A DNA stretch of 64,000 bases from Thermoleophilia bacterium. GTDB taxonomy: Bacteria > Actinomycetota > Thermoleophilia > UBA2241. The notes under the pieces are model-generated. The model saw only the letters and a list, made by a program, of their open reading frames with translations. It did not search any database and was not told the origin of the DNA. Of this stretch, positions 30,999 to 40,630 are shown in pieces (position 1 is the stretch's first letter; each line of letters opens with the position of its first letter). The DNA lies in the NCBI GenBank assembly GCA_040772045.1, contig JAXGYV010000001.1, forward strand, positions 69,577 through 133,576, written 5' to 3'. The translations under genes were made by a program, and so were the position numbers.

Positions 30999-33763
30999 CT
31001 TACGGCTCCTTTACGCTTGGGGTGGGGGGATGGCTGGCTGGCCGGTTCAAAGGAAACGTCCCGGCCGGCGAGCTCGACGCAGGCCACCGCGTCGCCGAGT
31101 TCCTCGCGGAGCATATCGCGGGTCCCGGGGTGACAAGTGAAGAGGAGCACCTGCTGATCGGGCGCCAGGGTGCCCAGTACGCGACAGAGTGCCCGTGCTC
31201 GCTGAGGGTCGAAGTTGACCAGCACCTCGTCCATGACCAGGGGCAGACGTGCCGCGCGGGCGCCGAACTCTTCGGCGAGGGCGAGGCGAACACAGAGGTA
31301 GAGCTGCTCTGCCGTACCGCGGCTCAGCTGAACGGTCGTCTTGCGGGCTCCATGATCGTCCACGACGGCAAGCTGTTGGGGGAGGCCTTCCTGCACGATC
31401 CGTACGTAACGACCCTGGGTGACGTGAGCGAACAGAGAAGAGGCGCGGGCCAAGACGCGCGGCTGATGGTGCTCGGTAAACGAGGCGAGAGTGCGTGAGA
31501 CGAGGGCACCGGCCAGGGTGAGCGCGCGCCACGAGTGCGCCAGCGTCCGAAGGTCTTGCGTTACGGCCTGTACAGCGGCGGCGGCCGCCGGGACATCCGC
31601 CGATGCTTCGATGTGTCGCCGGGCCGTCTCGGCGTCGCGGCAGCGCTTGGCCGCCGCCGCCAGCTGCTGGTCGGCCTCGCCGAGACTCGTGGCGAGGTGA
31701 TCCGCTCGGGTTTGCCACTCGCTCAGCCGGCCGGTGGCCAGCTCGGCTTGGGCGGCGGAGTCGCATCCCAATCGGCCCTCCACGACGGCGCGGGCTGCGG
31801 CGACGCGTCGCAGTGCTTCCTGGCGCCGCTCGACAGTCTCGTGGAGGGCGGACACGCGCGCCAGAAGCTGCTCGCCGCTGGGGGGCGCTGCCGTCCATAC
31901 TTGGTCGGCCTGCTGCAGCGCGCTGGTAGCTTGCTGCTCCCAAGCGCGGCGCGCGTTCTCCAGGGCACTGAGCTGTCCGTGCGCCTCGGCTACGGCGGCC
32001 AACTTGTCGCGTGCTGCTTCGGCGGCACGCAAGAAATCCAGGGCGCCGGCGGGTGAGAGCTGTTCCGGCAAGCCGGCGGCCGAACGATGTTCCTTCCACG
32101 CCGCCGCCGCCCGCGCGGCCGCGTCCACGGCCTGACGGTACGTCTCGTGCAGCGGAGCCGTCTCTTCGCGCCGGATGCGCAGCCGTTCGGCGCGCAGGTG
32201 GAGCTCGGTGGCCAGGCGGTCGTACTCGGCGCGTCGGGCGAGCGCATCGCGAAGAGCGGCATCGCGCTGCTCGACCTCGTGGGTTGGGGGCTCCGCGGGC
32301 AGCGAGAGACGCTCGCACGCGGCCGCTACGCGCTGCTCCAAGTCGCGGCACGCGCTGGGCGCGGGAGCGGTGCGCGTCCACTGCGTGGCGACGACGATCC
32401 CTCCCACCGTGCCCGCCGCGATCAGCAGCGTGCCGAGCAACGGGTCGCCGGACACGAGCCTCCAGACACCGAGCGCCACGATGAAGAGCGTCGGGATCAC
32501 CGTGGCGAGCGTGAGCGTCAGACCACCGCTCCCGCGACGTGCGGCGCGGGCCACGCGGAGGTCGCTGAGATCAGCGCGCAGTTGGGCGCAGAGACGGGTA
32601 TGCGCGCGCAGCTCGTGCTCGGGCGGGGGCTCCTCCGTCGGCATGGTGCGCTGGAACTCGGCGAGATCCTGCTCGCGCTGCCGGAGCTCGTCGCGGGCTC
32701 GGTCGAGGGCGATGGCGGCAGCCTGAGTCGCGCTGGCCGTCTCCTCCAACTGCTGTTGACAGGAGCGTATGGCCTCCCGGGCGGGGATGGAGGTATCGAG
32801 TGCCGCCAAGCGCTCCTCGGTCCAGGCCGGCCCGAGATCGGCCAGCGCGGCGTCGGCCTGTTCGCGCGCCACCGACAGCGAAGCGTGCAGGCGCGGTTGT
32901 CGTTCGAGGCGATCGCGCTGGAGCTCCAGGGTGCGCACCAGCTCGGTGAGCGACTCGACGGCGAGGGGTGGGAGGGGAGGAAGCGAGTCAGCGGCGGCTT
33001 GTGCCTCCACGAGTGTCTGCCATGGCGGCCAGAGCTCGAGGAGATCGGTGACGCGCCGCACCTCCTCGCGCTGCGCCTCGACCTGGCGCTGAAGCTCCTG
33101 GAGATCCTGCTCGGCGGCACGCTCCTCGTCTTGCCGGCGGGCGTACTCGGCGGCGAGACGCCGCGCGGTGGACAGATCGGCCTGTGCGCGGTCGTACGCC
33201 GCGAGTGCTGTGCGGAGCTTGTCTTGGCGCGCCGTTTTGCGGAAGATCTCGGCCGCCCGTTGCTCGGTGGCGGTGAGGGCGCGCCGCGCCGAAAGGCCGG
33301 CGCCGGTGAGCCCGGCGGAGAATATGCGTTCGGCGACGCCCTCATCGGACAGGCTGGAGAACGCCTGGAGCTCCGCGAGGCTGAAGGCGAAGATCGACTC
33401 GAAGAGCGCCTTATCCGCATTGCCGAGCATGCGGAGCAGGTCGCCGGGAGTGCCGGGTTCGCCGTCTCCATACGTAACGTGAGGAGGTGCGTTGCGGCGT
33501 CCGGCTTGGCGGTCCACGGTAAGCAGTCTGCCGTCACTCTGAAGCACCAGGCGCCCGCCGTGGCGCGCGCCCGTCGGCGCCTCGTAGACAGTCCCGCTCC
33601 GTCGGTCTTTGAAGCCGAAGAGCACGCCGCGGATGAAGGCGAGCAAGGTGCTCTTGCCCGCCTCGTTAGGGCCGTGCAGGACGGTGATGCCATCCGGCAG
33701 TTCCGGGCCGGCGTGGTCGCGGAATACGCCGAAGCCGTCGATCGACCAAGAGACGATCTTCAT
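30995..33763 (-). CDS. SbcC/YhaN-like AAA ATPase (Rad50/SMC-like, DNA repair/anti-DNA nuclease ATPase subunit)
   Basis: 922 aa; N-terminal VLHGPNEAGKSTLL Walker A, very long Ala/Arg/Glu coiled coil, C-terminal LPLVMDEVLVNFD Walker B/D-loop. Confidence 0.8.
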   Translation of the reverse strand: MKIVSWSIDGFGVFRDHAGPELPDGITVLHGPNEAGKSTLLAFIRGVLFGFKDRRSGTVYEAPTGARHGGRLVLQSDGRLLTVDRQAGRRNAPPHVTYGDGEPGTPGDLLRMLGNADKALFESIFAFSLAELQAFSSLSDEGVAERIFSAGLTGAGLSARRALTATEQRAAEIFRKTARQDKLRTALAAYDRAQADLSTARRLAAEYARRQDEERAAEQDLQELQRQVEAQREEVRRVTDLLELWPPWQTLVEAQAAADSLPPLPPLAVESLTELVRTLELQRDRLERQPRLHASLSVAREQADAALADLGPAWTEERLAALDTSIPAREAIRSCQQQLEETASATQAAAIALDRARDELRQREQDLAEFQRTMPTEEPPPEHELRAHTRLCAQLRADLSDLRVARAARRGSGGLTLTLATVIPTLFIVALGVWRLVSGDPLLGTLLIAAGTVGGIVVATQWTRTAPAPSACRDLEQRVAAACERLSLPAEPPTHEVEQRDAALRDALARRAEYDRLATELHLRAERLRIRREETAPLHETYRQAVDAAARAAAAWKEHRSAAGLPEQLSPAGALDFLRAAEAARDKLAAVAEAHGQLSALENARRAWEQQATSALQQADQVWTAAPPSGEQLLARVSALHETVERRQEALRRVAAARAVVEGRLGCDSAAQAELATGRLSEWQTRADHLATSLGEADQQLAAAAKRCRDAETARRHIEASADVPAAAAAVQAVTQDLRTLAHSWRALTLAGALVSRTLASFTEHHQPRVLARASSLFAHVTQGRYVRIVQEGLPQQLAVVDDHGARKTTVQLSRGTAEQLYLCVRLALAEEFGARAARLPLVMDEVLVNFDPQRARALCRVLGTLAPDQQVLLFTCHPGTRDMLREELGDAVACVELAGRDVSFEPASQPSPHPKRKGAVR

Positions 33764-33791
33764 CCGCCGACCCTCACCTGTCCGCCGGGTG

Positions 33792-35102
33792 TCATTGCTC
33801 GTCCTCTTCGGTGAGGAGATCGAGGGCGATGGTCTCGGCGGCCGCCATCAGAGGGACGAGGTCTTCGTCCGGCAGCTGCCGGAGGGCCTCTGGGAGCCTT
33901 CTGAGCGGTAACTCACGATTGAGCTCGTCGAGCAGATGGCGCAGTGCGATCGGGTCGGCGAGCAGGGCGTCGGCCTCGGCGACCACCTGCGCCGCGAAGT
34001 CGTGTCGTTCGCGGATCTGGTCGCGGTCGATCTGCGGCCGCGTTGCGTCGGAGAGGGCGTCCCACCAGAGGAAGGGGAGCTGCGCCACGCTGCGTTCGCG
34101 CAGCTCCTCGAGAAGGCTGGGCAGAACGCCCGGGCGAGCTAGGAGGCTGTGCGCAGGCCCACGACCGTCCACGGTGGCGCGCACCACCAGCGGTAGGCCG
34201 CCCTCCTCGGCGCGCCGCCTCTCGGCGGCTTGGAGGAGCTCGTCGAGGACGTCGCTGATGTCGGCACAGGTCGACACGTCGGCGTGCAGTGCTGCGAAGC
34301 GCAGTGCGTCGCACGCGTGGAAGCGTACGTTGGCCACGCGGCCATCCGCGCACTCCACCACTAGGGCGCCTTTGGCGTCGGTCTCGGAGGGCTTCATACT
34401 CCGCCCCTGCAGGTTCCCTGGGTAAGCGATCACGGGAGTGCCGTCGCCGAGCGTCTGCCGTTTGTGGATGTGACCGAGGGCCCAGTAGTCGATGGGTGCT
34501 TGACGGAGGTCGGCGAGGGAACAGGGGCTGTAGGGGAGATGTTCACTGCTCGATATGGCGCTACAGTGCAGGAGTCCGATCCTGAGCGCGGCGGAGTGAT
34601 CTGCGGCCGGCGAGGCGGCAGCGGCGAGGTGCCGCGGGCGAAAGCGCAGGGCGAGGTTCTCGCTGGTCTCGCGGCGCGCGTAACTGATGCCGGTCACGGT
34701 GGCGAGACACCGGCCGTCTCTCTCCACGGACACCGTCTGCACGTCGGTGTGGTCCAGAATGGTGACGCCCGCCGGCCAATGGATGATGGCGGACCAGCCC
34801 TCTTCCACCGGATCGTGGTTGCCGTGCACGACGAACGTCTGGATGCCGCGCTCGCTCAGGCGCTCGAGGCCGCGGAGAAAGCGAAGTTGGGCGCGGACAC
34901 CGCGGTCGACTCCATCGTAAATATCGCCGGCGAGGAGCAGAAAGGCGGCGTCCTCCGCGATGCAGAGCTCGACGAGGTGGTCCCAGGCGTGCAGCGACGC
35001 CTCGATCAGAGCCTCCCTGACCTGCCCAGTGGCAGTGGAGATGCCCTCGAGTGGTGTGTCCAGGTGCAAATCGGCGGCATGGACAAAGCAGAAGCTGCTC
35101 AC
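33792..35102 (-). CDS. SbcD/Mre11-like calcineurin-type metallophosphoesterase (YhaO-like nuclease subunit)
   Basis: FVHAADLHLD motif I, LLAGDIYD, VVHGNHD phosphoesterase motifs. Confidence 0.8.
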   Translation of the reverse strand: MSSFCFVHAADLHLDTPLEGISTATGQVREALIEASLHAWDHLVELCIAEDAAFLLLAGDIYDGVDRGVRAQLRFLRGLERLSERGIQTFVVHGNHDPVEEGWSAIIHWPAGVTILDHTDVQTVSVERDGRCLATVTGISYARRETSENLALRFRPRHLAAAASPAADHSAALRIGLLHCSAISSSEHLPYSPCSLADLRQAPIDYWALGHIHKRQTLGDGTPVIAYPGNLQGRSMKPSETDAKGALVVECADGRVANVRFHACDALRFAALHADVSTCADISDVLDELLQAAERRRAEEGGLPLVVRATVDGRGPAHSLLARPGVLPSLLEELRERSVAQLPFLWWDALSDATRPQIDRDQIRERHDFAAQVVAEADALLADPIALRHLLDELNRELPLRRLPEALRQLPDEDLVPLMAAAETIALDLLTEEDEQ

Positions 35103-35173
35103 AGACGCATCATACCGTCGTCTGGGGACGGAGGCGCGCGAAAGCGGCTGTCTCGTGACTACGTCACACAGGG

Positions 35174-35674
35174 ATGCCGTATGTCACCATGTACCGCTGG
35201 GCGCCCTCCCACTACGCTGCTGAACACAGGTGGGAGGAGCCGTCGCGGTTCCTCCCGCGGTTTCTCTCGTCGACAGGCGGACCAAAGGGGGCGGATATTT
35301 CGACGGCGGCGCAGCAGTACGGGCGAGCGGCAGAGCGTGCCGCTGCCGACTACCTTTCGGCACGCGGGTATCGGGTTCTCGCGAGGAACCAGCGTGTGGG
35401 GCGCGGCGAGCTGGACATCATCGTTCGCCGTGGCTCCATACTTGCGTTCGTCGAGGTTAAAGCCAGGCACGGCGAACGTTGTGGCACTCCCGAGGAGGCT
35501 GTCTCGGCCGCTAAACGCGCGCAGGTCGCGCGGTTGGCGGAGCTGTGGCTCGCGTCGCGGCCATGGGCTCTCGCCGGGGTGACCGAGGTACGTCTGGACA
35601 TCGTCGCGGTGTCCGTGCGCGGCTCCTCGGCACAGATCCGCCATCTGCCGGGCGCCTTCTCAGGCGGCTGGTAG
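35174..35674 (+). CDS. yraN: YraN/UPF0102 family endonuclease-like protein
   Basis: Core YLxxxGYxVLARNxR...GELDII...VEVK motifs; roughly 40-aa N-terminal extension is uncertain (true start may be downstream). Confidence 0.75.
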   Translation: MPYVTMYRWAPSHYAAEHRWEEPSRFLPRFLSSTGGPKGADISTAAQQYGRAAERAAADYLSARGYRVLARNQRVGRGELDIIVRRGSILAFVEVKARHGERCGTPEEAVSAAKRAQVARLAELWLASRPWALAGVTEVRLDIVAVSVRGSSAQIRHLPGAFSGGW

Positions 35675-35688
35675 GCAGAGGCTTCGCC

Positions 35689-37218
35689 GTGCTCGCACGT
35701 GTCCGGAGCGAGGCCCTCAGCGGGCTAGAAGGCCATGCGGTAGAGGTAGAGGTCGATGTTGCCACGGCGGCGCCGGCGTTCACCATCGTCGGCCTGCCGG
35801 ATGTCGCCGTACAAGAGAGCCGCGAGCGCGTGCGGTCGGCGATCGTCAATAGTGGGTTTCGGTTCCCCTCGCGACGCATCACCGTGAACCTCGCGCCGGC
35901 CGACCTGCGCAAAGAGGGTCCTTCCTTCGACTTACCTATCGCGCTGGCCTTCCTGGCCGCGACGGGTCAGGCGGCGTGGCCCGAGCACGCACCCGCCGCT
36001 CTGGGCGAACTGGCGTTGGACGGCACGCTGCGGCCCGTCACCGGCGCTCTCGCCGTAGCCGAGAGCTTGGGGCGTCGCGGTGTGCGCGCACTTCTGCTCC
36101 CGGCGGCCAACGCACGAGAGGCGGCGCTGGTCCAGGGGCTGCAGGTCATCGGCGCGGGCACACTGGAGGAGGCGGCACGGGCCATGGCCGACGGCGCACC
36201 CGTCGTAGCCCATCCCCTGTCGGCGGAAGAGCTGCTCGGCGTGCGGGCCGCGTACACGGCCGACATGGCCGACGTTCAGGGTCAAGCGCACGCCAAGCGG
36301 GCGCTGGAGGTAGCCGCGGCCGGGGCGCACGCCGTGCTTATGGTCGGTCCACCGGGGTCGGGAAAGACCATGCTGGCGCGCCGCCTGCCGTCCATCATGC
36401 CCCCACTCTCGGTGGACGAAGCGGTGGCCATCACGCGCGTCTACAGCGTGGCCGGGCTGCTGCCGGCCGACCAGCCACTGGTGGTGGCGCGGCCATTCCG
36501 AGCTCCGCACCACACGATCTCGAGCAGCGGGTTGGTGGGTGGAGGAAGCTCGCCCCGCCCTGGGGAAGTAAGCCTTGCGCACCTAGGGGTTCTCTTCTTG
36601 GACGAGTTCCCCGAGTTTCGCCTCGCCGCCCTCGAGGGTCTGCGGCAGCCCCTCGAAGACGGCGAGGTGACCATCTCGCGAGCGCTCACCTCGGTAACGT
36701 TTCCGGCGCGCATCATGCTCGTGGCCGCCATGAACCCATGCCCGTGCGGCTTCCTGGGCGATCGCGAGCGCGAGTGCACGTGCGCGGAACATCGTATTCG
36801 GCAGTACACGAGCAAACTGAGCGGCCCCCTGCTCGATCGCATCGACTTGCGCATCGAGGTGGCGCGCGTCTCGCGGCTTGCCCGGCGACAGTCTGCTCCG
36901 CGGGAAGAGCCTTCCGCCGCCATCGCCGCCAGAACGGCCGCGGCGCGTCGCCGCCAGCTCGAGCGGCTGTGTCAGAGCGGCCGGTACGCCAACGCGCACA
37001 TGACGCCACGGCAGGTACGGCAGCTCTGCCGCCTGCGGCCCGACGCGGCCGACATGCTCGACCAAGCGTACGAGCGCCTGCGGCTCAGCGCACGAGCGTG
37101 CGACCGGATCGTCAAAGTAGCGCAGACCATCGCCGATCTCGAAGGCACGCCGCATATCCACGCCGCGCACGTGGCGGAGAGTCTGTCGTATCGGCTGCGG
37201 CCACCGGGGCTCCCGTGA
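35689..37218 (+). CDS. comM: YifB/ComM family Mg-chelatase-like AAA+ ATPase
   Basis: GTG start (VLARVRSEALSG), Lon-like N-domain, MVGPPGSGKT Walker A, C-terminal Mg-chelatase subunit ChlI domain. Confidence 0.9.
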   Translation: MLARVRSEALSGLEGHAVEVEVDVATAAPAFTIVGLPDVAVQESRERVRSAIVNSGFRFPSRRITVNLAPADLRKEGPSFDLPIALAFLAATGQAAWPEHAPAALGELALDGTLRPVTGALAVAESLGRRGVRALLLPAANAREAALVQGLQVIGAGTLEEAARAMADGAPVVAHPLSAEELLGVRAAYTADMADVQGQAHAKRALEVAAAGAHAVLMVGPPGSGKTMLARRLPSIMPPLSVDEAVAITRVYSVAGLLPADQPLVVARPFRAPHHTISSSGLVGGGSSPRPGEVSLAHLGVLFLDEFPEFRLAALEGLRQPLEDGEVTISRALTSVTFPARIMLVAAMNPCPCGFLGDRERECTCAEHRIRQYTSKLSGPLLDRIDLRIEVARVSRLARRQSAPREEPSAAIAARTAAARRRQLERLCQSGRYANAHMTPRQVRQLCRLRPDAADMLDQAYERLRLSARACDRIVKVAQTIADLEGTPHIHAAHVAESLSYRLRPPGLP

Positions 37219-38444
37219 ACGGCGCCGTCCGCTCCCAGCAACGGCTTACCTGTCGGTGGCTGGCGGAGGTGGGCACGTGGAATCCCGGAGCGCTGCGCAG
37301 GTTGCAACAGCGGTATGGGGGATTGGATGCGCTTCTGGAGCATTCGCGAGAGGACCTCGCCGCGGAGCTCTCATCCGCGCGGCGAGCCGTGCCGGCCGCA
37401 GTACCCGGCTTGCCTGCCGAAGAAGAGCGCTGGACGGAGGCTGGCGCATATGCTGCCACGCTCGCCGCCGCCGCGCGAGGTCCAGTGGTGGCAAGCGTCG
37501 GCAGGCCGGTGGTTACATGGGTCGACGATCGCTACCCGGCTAGGCTCCGGCACTTGAGCGATCCTCCGCCGGCGCTCTTTCTGGCTGGAGCGGCGGTTTG
37601 GGAGGCGCTTACCGTCTGCACGGCCGTGCCGGTGGTGGCCGTGGTAGGTACGCGCGGGCCGACGGCCTATGGGCGAGACATGGCGCGCGCCATCGCCTCC
37701 GGTTTGACAAAGGCGGGAGTTCTGGTGGTCAGCGGTCTGGCCATGGGCATCGACGCCGAGGCGCACAGCGCGGCGCTGACGGTCGCGGCAGGCACTTGCG
37801 CGGTAGGCACGGCGGCGGTGCTGGGATGCGGCGTCGATGTCGTGTATCCCCGCGTCAATCGTCGCCTGTTCGCTCGCGTACACGCCGCCGGTTTGCTGCT
37901 CAGCGAGTTCGTGTGGGGGGCGGGGGCTCGGGCTTGGCGTTTTCCGGCCAGGAACCGCATCATCGCCGGGTTGGCCGACGCCGTGGTCGTGGTAGAAGGA
38001 GGGGCACGCAGCGGAGCGCTTTCGACGGCCGAGTTCTGCAACGATCTGGGGCGCGAACCGCTGGCGGTGCCGGGCGAAGCAGGACGGCGGCTGTCGGCCG
38101 GCCCGCATCGTCTCCTGCGCGAGGGCCGCGCCGGTCTCTGTGAGTCGGCGGCCGATGTCCTCGCGGCACTGGGCCTGCCGCAGAGCGCCTCCCCACGGCA
38201 GGCCCAACTGTGCCTCGCGACAGGCGTGTCCAGCGGCGACGCGGCGGCCGTACTCTCGGCTCTGGATGGTGGCGAGCTGCGCGTGGACGAGCTCGCCATC
38301 GCCGCCAGTCTGCGTGTGGTGGACTGCCTGGCGACGCTCGCCGAATTGGAGCTCGCGGGTCTGGTGAGCCCCTGCTCGGGAGGCAGGTATCGCTTGGTGC
38401 GCGGAGACGATCCCGGAGTCGTGGAAACGCCGCGAGCGGGCTAA
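37215..38444 (+). CDS. dprA: DNA-processing protein DprA (Smf)
   Basis: GTG overlapping the comM stop; Rossmann-fold core VVSGLAMGIDAEAH...NRIIAGLADAVVVVEG; the ORF-track 822-aa ORF is a frame fusion. Confidence 0.85.
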   Translation: MNGAVRSQQRLTCRWLAEVGTWNPGALRRLQQRYGGLDALLEHSREDLAAELSSARRAVPAAVPGLPAEEERWTEAGAYAATLAAAARGPVVASVGRPVVTWVDDRYPARLRHLSDPPPALFLAGAAVWEALTVCTAVPVVAVVGTRGPTAYGRDMARAIASGLTKAGVLVVSGLAMGIDAEAHSAALTVAAGTCAVGTAAVLGCGVDVVYPRVNRRLFARVHAAGLLLSEFVWGAGARAWRFPARNRIIAGLADAVVVVEGGARSGALSTAEFCNDLGREPLAVPGEAGRRLSAGPHRLLREGRAGLCESAADVLAALGLPQSASPRQAQLCLATGVSSGDAAAVLSALDGGELRVDELAIAASLRVVDCLATLAELELAGLVSPCSGGRYRLVRGDDPGVVETPRAG

Positions 38445-38456
38445 CGCGGACGTCGG

Positions 38457-38480
38457 CACCGCGGCGCGAGGGTCGCGGTG
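38457..38480 (+). terminator. Hairpin after dprA: caccgcg / cgcggtg stem, 10-nt loop
   Basis: Seen directly 13 nt after the dprA stop; no U-tract. Confidence 0.3.
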
Positions 38481-38562
38481 AGGGGCAGTACCGGGCGCGG
38501 AGTCCCTTCCGCGAGCGGCAGAACAGCCACGGAGTACGCGGTGCCGGGCAGGAACCGGGGGC

Positions 38563-39486
38563 GTGGTGCAGAACCCGTCGACGATGGAGTTCCAGCCAGA
38601 CCCCGATGCGCTCGTGCCCGCGTATCTGCACGCCTTGGGTGTGCAGGGCGCCAGCATGGCTACGCGGCGGTCCTACGGCGCGGATCTCGAACAGCTTCTC
38701 GCCTGGCTCGAGAAGCAGAGCAGATCGCTGGCGCAACTCGATCGCCGCGTCGCGCGCGGCTATGCCGCCGATCTGGGCCGGCGCGGGTACGCGCCGGCCT
38801 CGCTCAGTCGGAAGCTCTCGGCGTTGCGCGGGCTCTGCGCGTATCTCACGGAGCGAGGTGTATTGCCGGTGAATCCCGCGACCGAGCTGCCGGGGCCGCG
38901 ACGTACCCGCAGGCTGCCGAGGACACTGAAGACGTACGAGGCAGAGCGCCTCATGGAGGTGGTGGTGGCCGCGCCCGGCCCTCTCGGCATGAGAGACCGG
39001 GCGCTCTTCGAGGTCTTGTATGGGTGCGGCTTGCGCAGCCACGAGGTCGTGCAGCTCGACCTCGACGATCTGCGTGAAGAAGGCCCGGACTTGCTGGTAC
39101 GGGGAAAAGGGCAGCGTGTGCGGGCGGTTCCGCTAGGCGGAGAGGCGCTCGCCGCCGTGAGCATGTACGTGGACTACGGTCGCGGACGTCTGGTGATTCG
39201 CGGTGAGGAAACACGCGCCCTGTTCGTGTCACGTTCTGGTCGGCGCTTATCAACCTCGGACATCCGCCGCAGGCTCGACGTGTTGTGTACGGCGGCTGGG
39301 CTGGATCATGTCTCGCCGCACATGCTGCGCCACGCGTATGCCACCCACATGCTGGAGCGGGGTGCCGACCTGCGGGCTATCCAAGAGCTGCTTGGCCACG
39401 CCTCCGTGTCGACCACTCAGGTGTACACGCACGTGAGTGGCGCTCATCTGCGGCGCGAATATGAGCGCCATCATCCGCGAGCATAG
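38563..39486 (+). CDS. xerC: Tyrosine site-specific recombinase XerC
   Basis: LRHAYATHMLERGADLRAIQELLGHASVSTTQVYTHV catalytic region; position after dprA matches Firmicutes codV. Confidence 0.85.
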   Translation: MVQNPSTMEFQPDPDALVPAYLHALGVQGASMATRRSYGADLEQLLAWLEKQSRSLAQLDRRVARGYAADLGRRGYAPASLSRKLSALRGLCAYLTERGVLPVNPATELPGPRRTRRLPRTLKTYEAERLMEVVVAAPGPLGMRDRALFEVLYGCGLRSHEVVQLDLDDLREEGPDLLVRGKGQRVRAVPLGGEALAAVSMYVDYGRGRLVIRGEETRALFVSRSGRRLSTSDIRRRLDVLCTAAGLDHVSPHMLRHAYATHMLERGADLRAIQELLGHASVSTTQVYTHVSGAHLRREYERHHPRA

Positions 39487-39666
39487 CGGTGAGACGGCGG
39501 TCGATGCGGGAGGAATGCGGCCTGCTTGGTGCCATATGTACACGTGGCGGGGTTGCGTCGGGTAGACTCAGCGGCGAAGGTCTGGAGTTCGACGAGAGAA
39601 GGTGCTGTTGACGGCAGTGGTGAGAAGCTGCCTTTGCGCTGCGACAAACACTGAGGGGTACGCCTC

Positions 39667-40461
39667 ATGATGGCCACCCTCAGTGAGGAACGCGTTCGTG
39701 AGCTCTGGCAACGCTACAAGCAGGCCGGCGATCAGGACGCCCGCGAGCGGCTGATCCTCGCCTACGCGCCGCTCGTCAAGTACGTGGCCGGCCGAATGGT
39801 GAGCGGACTGCCGGCGCACATCGAGGAGGCCGACCTCATCAGCTACGGCCTGCTCGGCCTGATCGGCGCGGTGGAGCGCTTCGACCCAAGCAGAGATATC
39901 AAGTTCGAGACGTACGCCGTCTCGCGCATCAAAGGCTCGATCATCGATGAGCTGCGGGCGCTCGACTGGGTTCCGCGGTCCGTCCGCAGCAAAGCCCGGG
40001 AGATCGAGCGCGTCTGCGTCAAGCTCGAGCACGATCTCCAGCGTGTACCGACCGATCACGAGATCAGCGCCGCGCTCGGCGTTACGCTCGAGGAGTTTCA
40101 CCGTACGCTTACGCAGATAGCCAACACCTCTATCGTGGCGCTGGACGAGCTGTGGGAGATCTCGGGTTCGGATGGCGACACCGCCTCGCTCATCGAGACG
40201 CTGGAGGATCCGAAGAGCCACGACCCCTCGCGCATGCTCGACCTGAGCGAGATGAAGGCGCAGCTTGCACGCGCCATCGACGCGCTTCCCGATCGCGAGA
40301 AGGTGGTCATCGCGCTCTACTACTACGAGAGCCTCACTCTCCGCGAGATAGGCGAGGTGCTCGGCGTAACGGAGTCGCGCGTCTCGCAGCTGCACACCAA
40401 AGCGGTGCTACGACTCAAGGGACGCTTGCGCGACGAGATCAGCCCACCTTCTAGAGGCTGA
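39667..40461 (+). CDS. FliA/WhiG (sigma-28) family RNA polymerase sigma factor
   Basis: Sigma-70 regions 2, 3 and 4 (LIGAVERFD...[16 protein letters not shown]; [24 protein letters not shown]); the family is defined by the region 2.4 and 4.2 spacing typical of FliA. Confidence 0.85.
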   Translation: MMATLSEERVRELWQRYKQAGDQDARERLILAYAPLVKYVAGRMVSGLPAHIEEADLISYGLLGLIGAVERFDPSRDIKFETYAVSRIKGSIIDELRALDWVPRSVRSKAREIERVCVKLEHDLQRVPTDHEISAALGVTLEEFHRTLTQIANTSIVALDELWEISGSDGDTASLIETLEDPKSHDPSRMLDLSEMKAQLARAIDALPDREKVVIALYYYESLTLREIGEVLGVTESRVSQLHTKAVLRLKGRLRDEISPPSRG

Positions 40462-40630
40462 CGGCCGCCGCGAGAGCTGGGCTCGGTCTGTCTCGAGCGA
40501 CGCGCTATCTGCTATACTTCGGAGCCGCTTTTTCATCCCGACCCGGCGGGTCCGGGCGCACGGCGGTGCCCTTCAGGGAACCGTGTGTCTCCGCCGGCCA
40601 GAAACCGTAACCGAGTTCGAGGAGGCAGTC

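Noticed and set aside
35976-38444. 822-aa ORF in the ORF track
   Set aside because: It is a frame artifact. Its first roughly 410 codons are an Arg/Gly-rich translation of the wrong frame across comM, and only the last roughly 410 aa (from the GTG at 37215) are the real DprA.
40462-40630. Rho-independent terminator at the T5 run (ggagccgctttttc) downstream of the sigma factor gene
   Set aside because: I could find only a short GCTCG-N8-CGAGC stem some distance upstream of the T-run. There is no convincing GC stem immediately preceding the U-tract.
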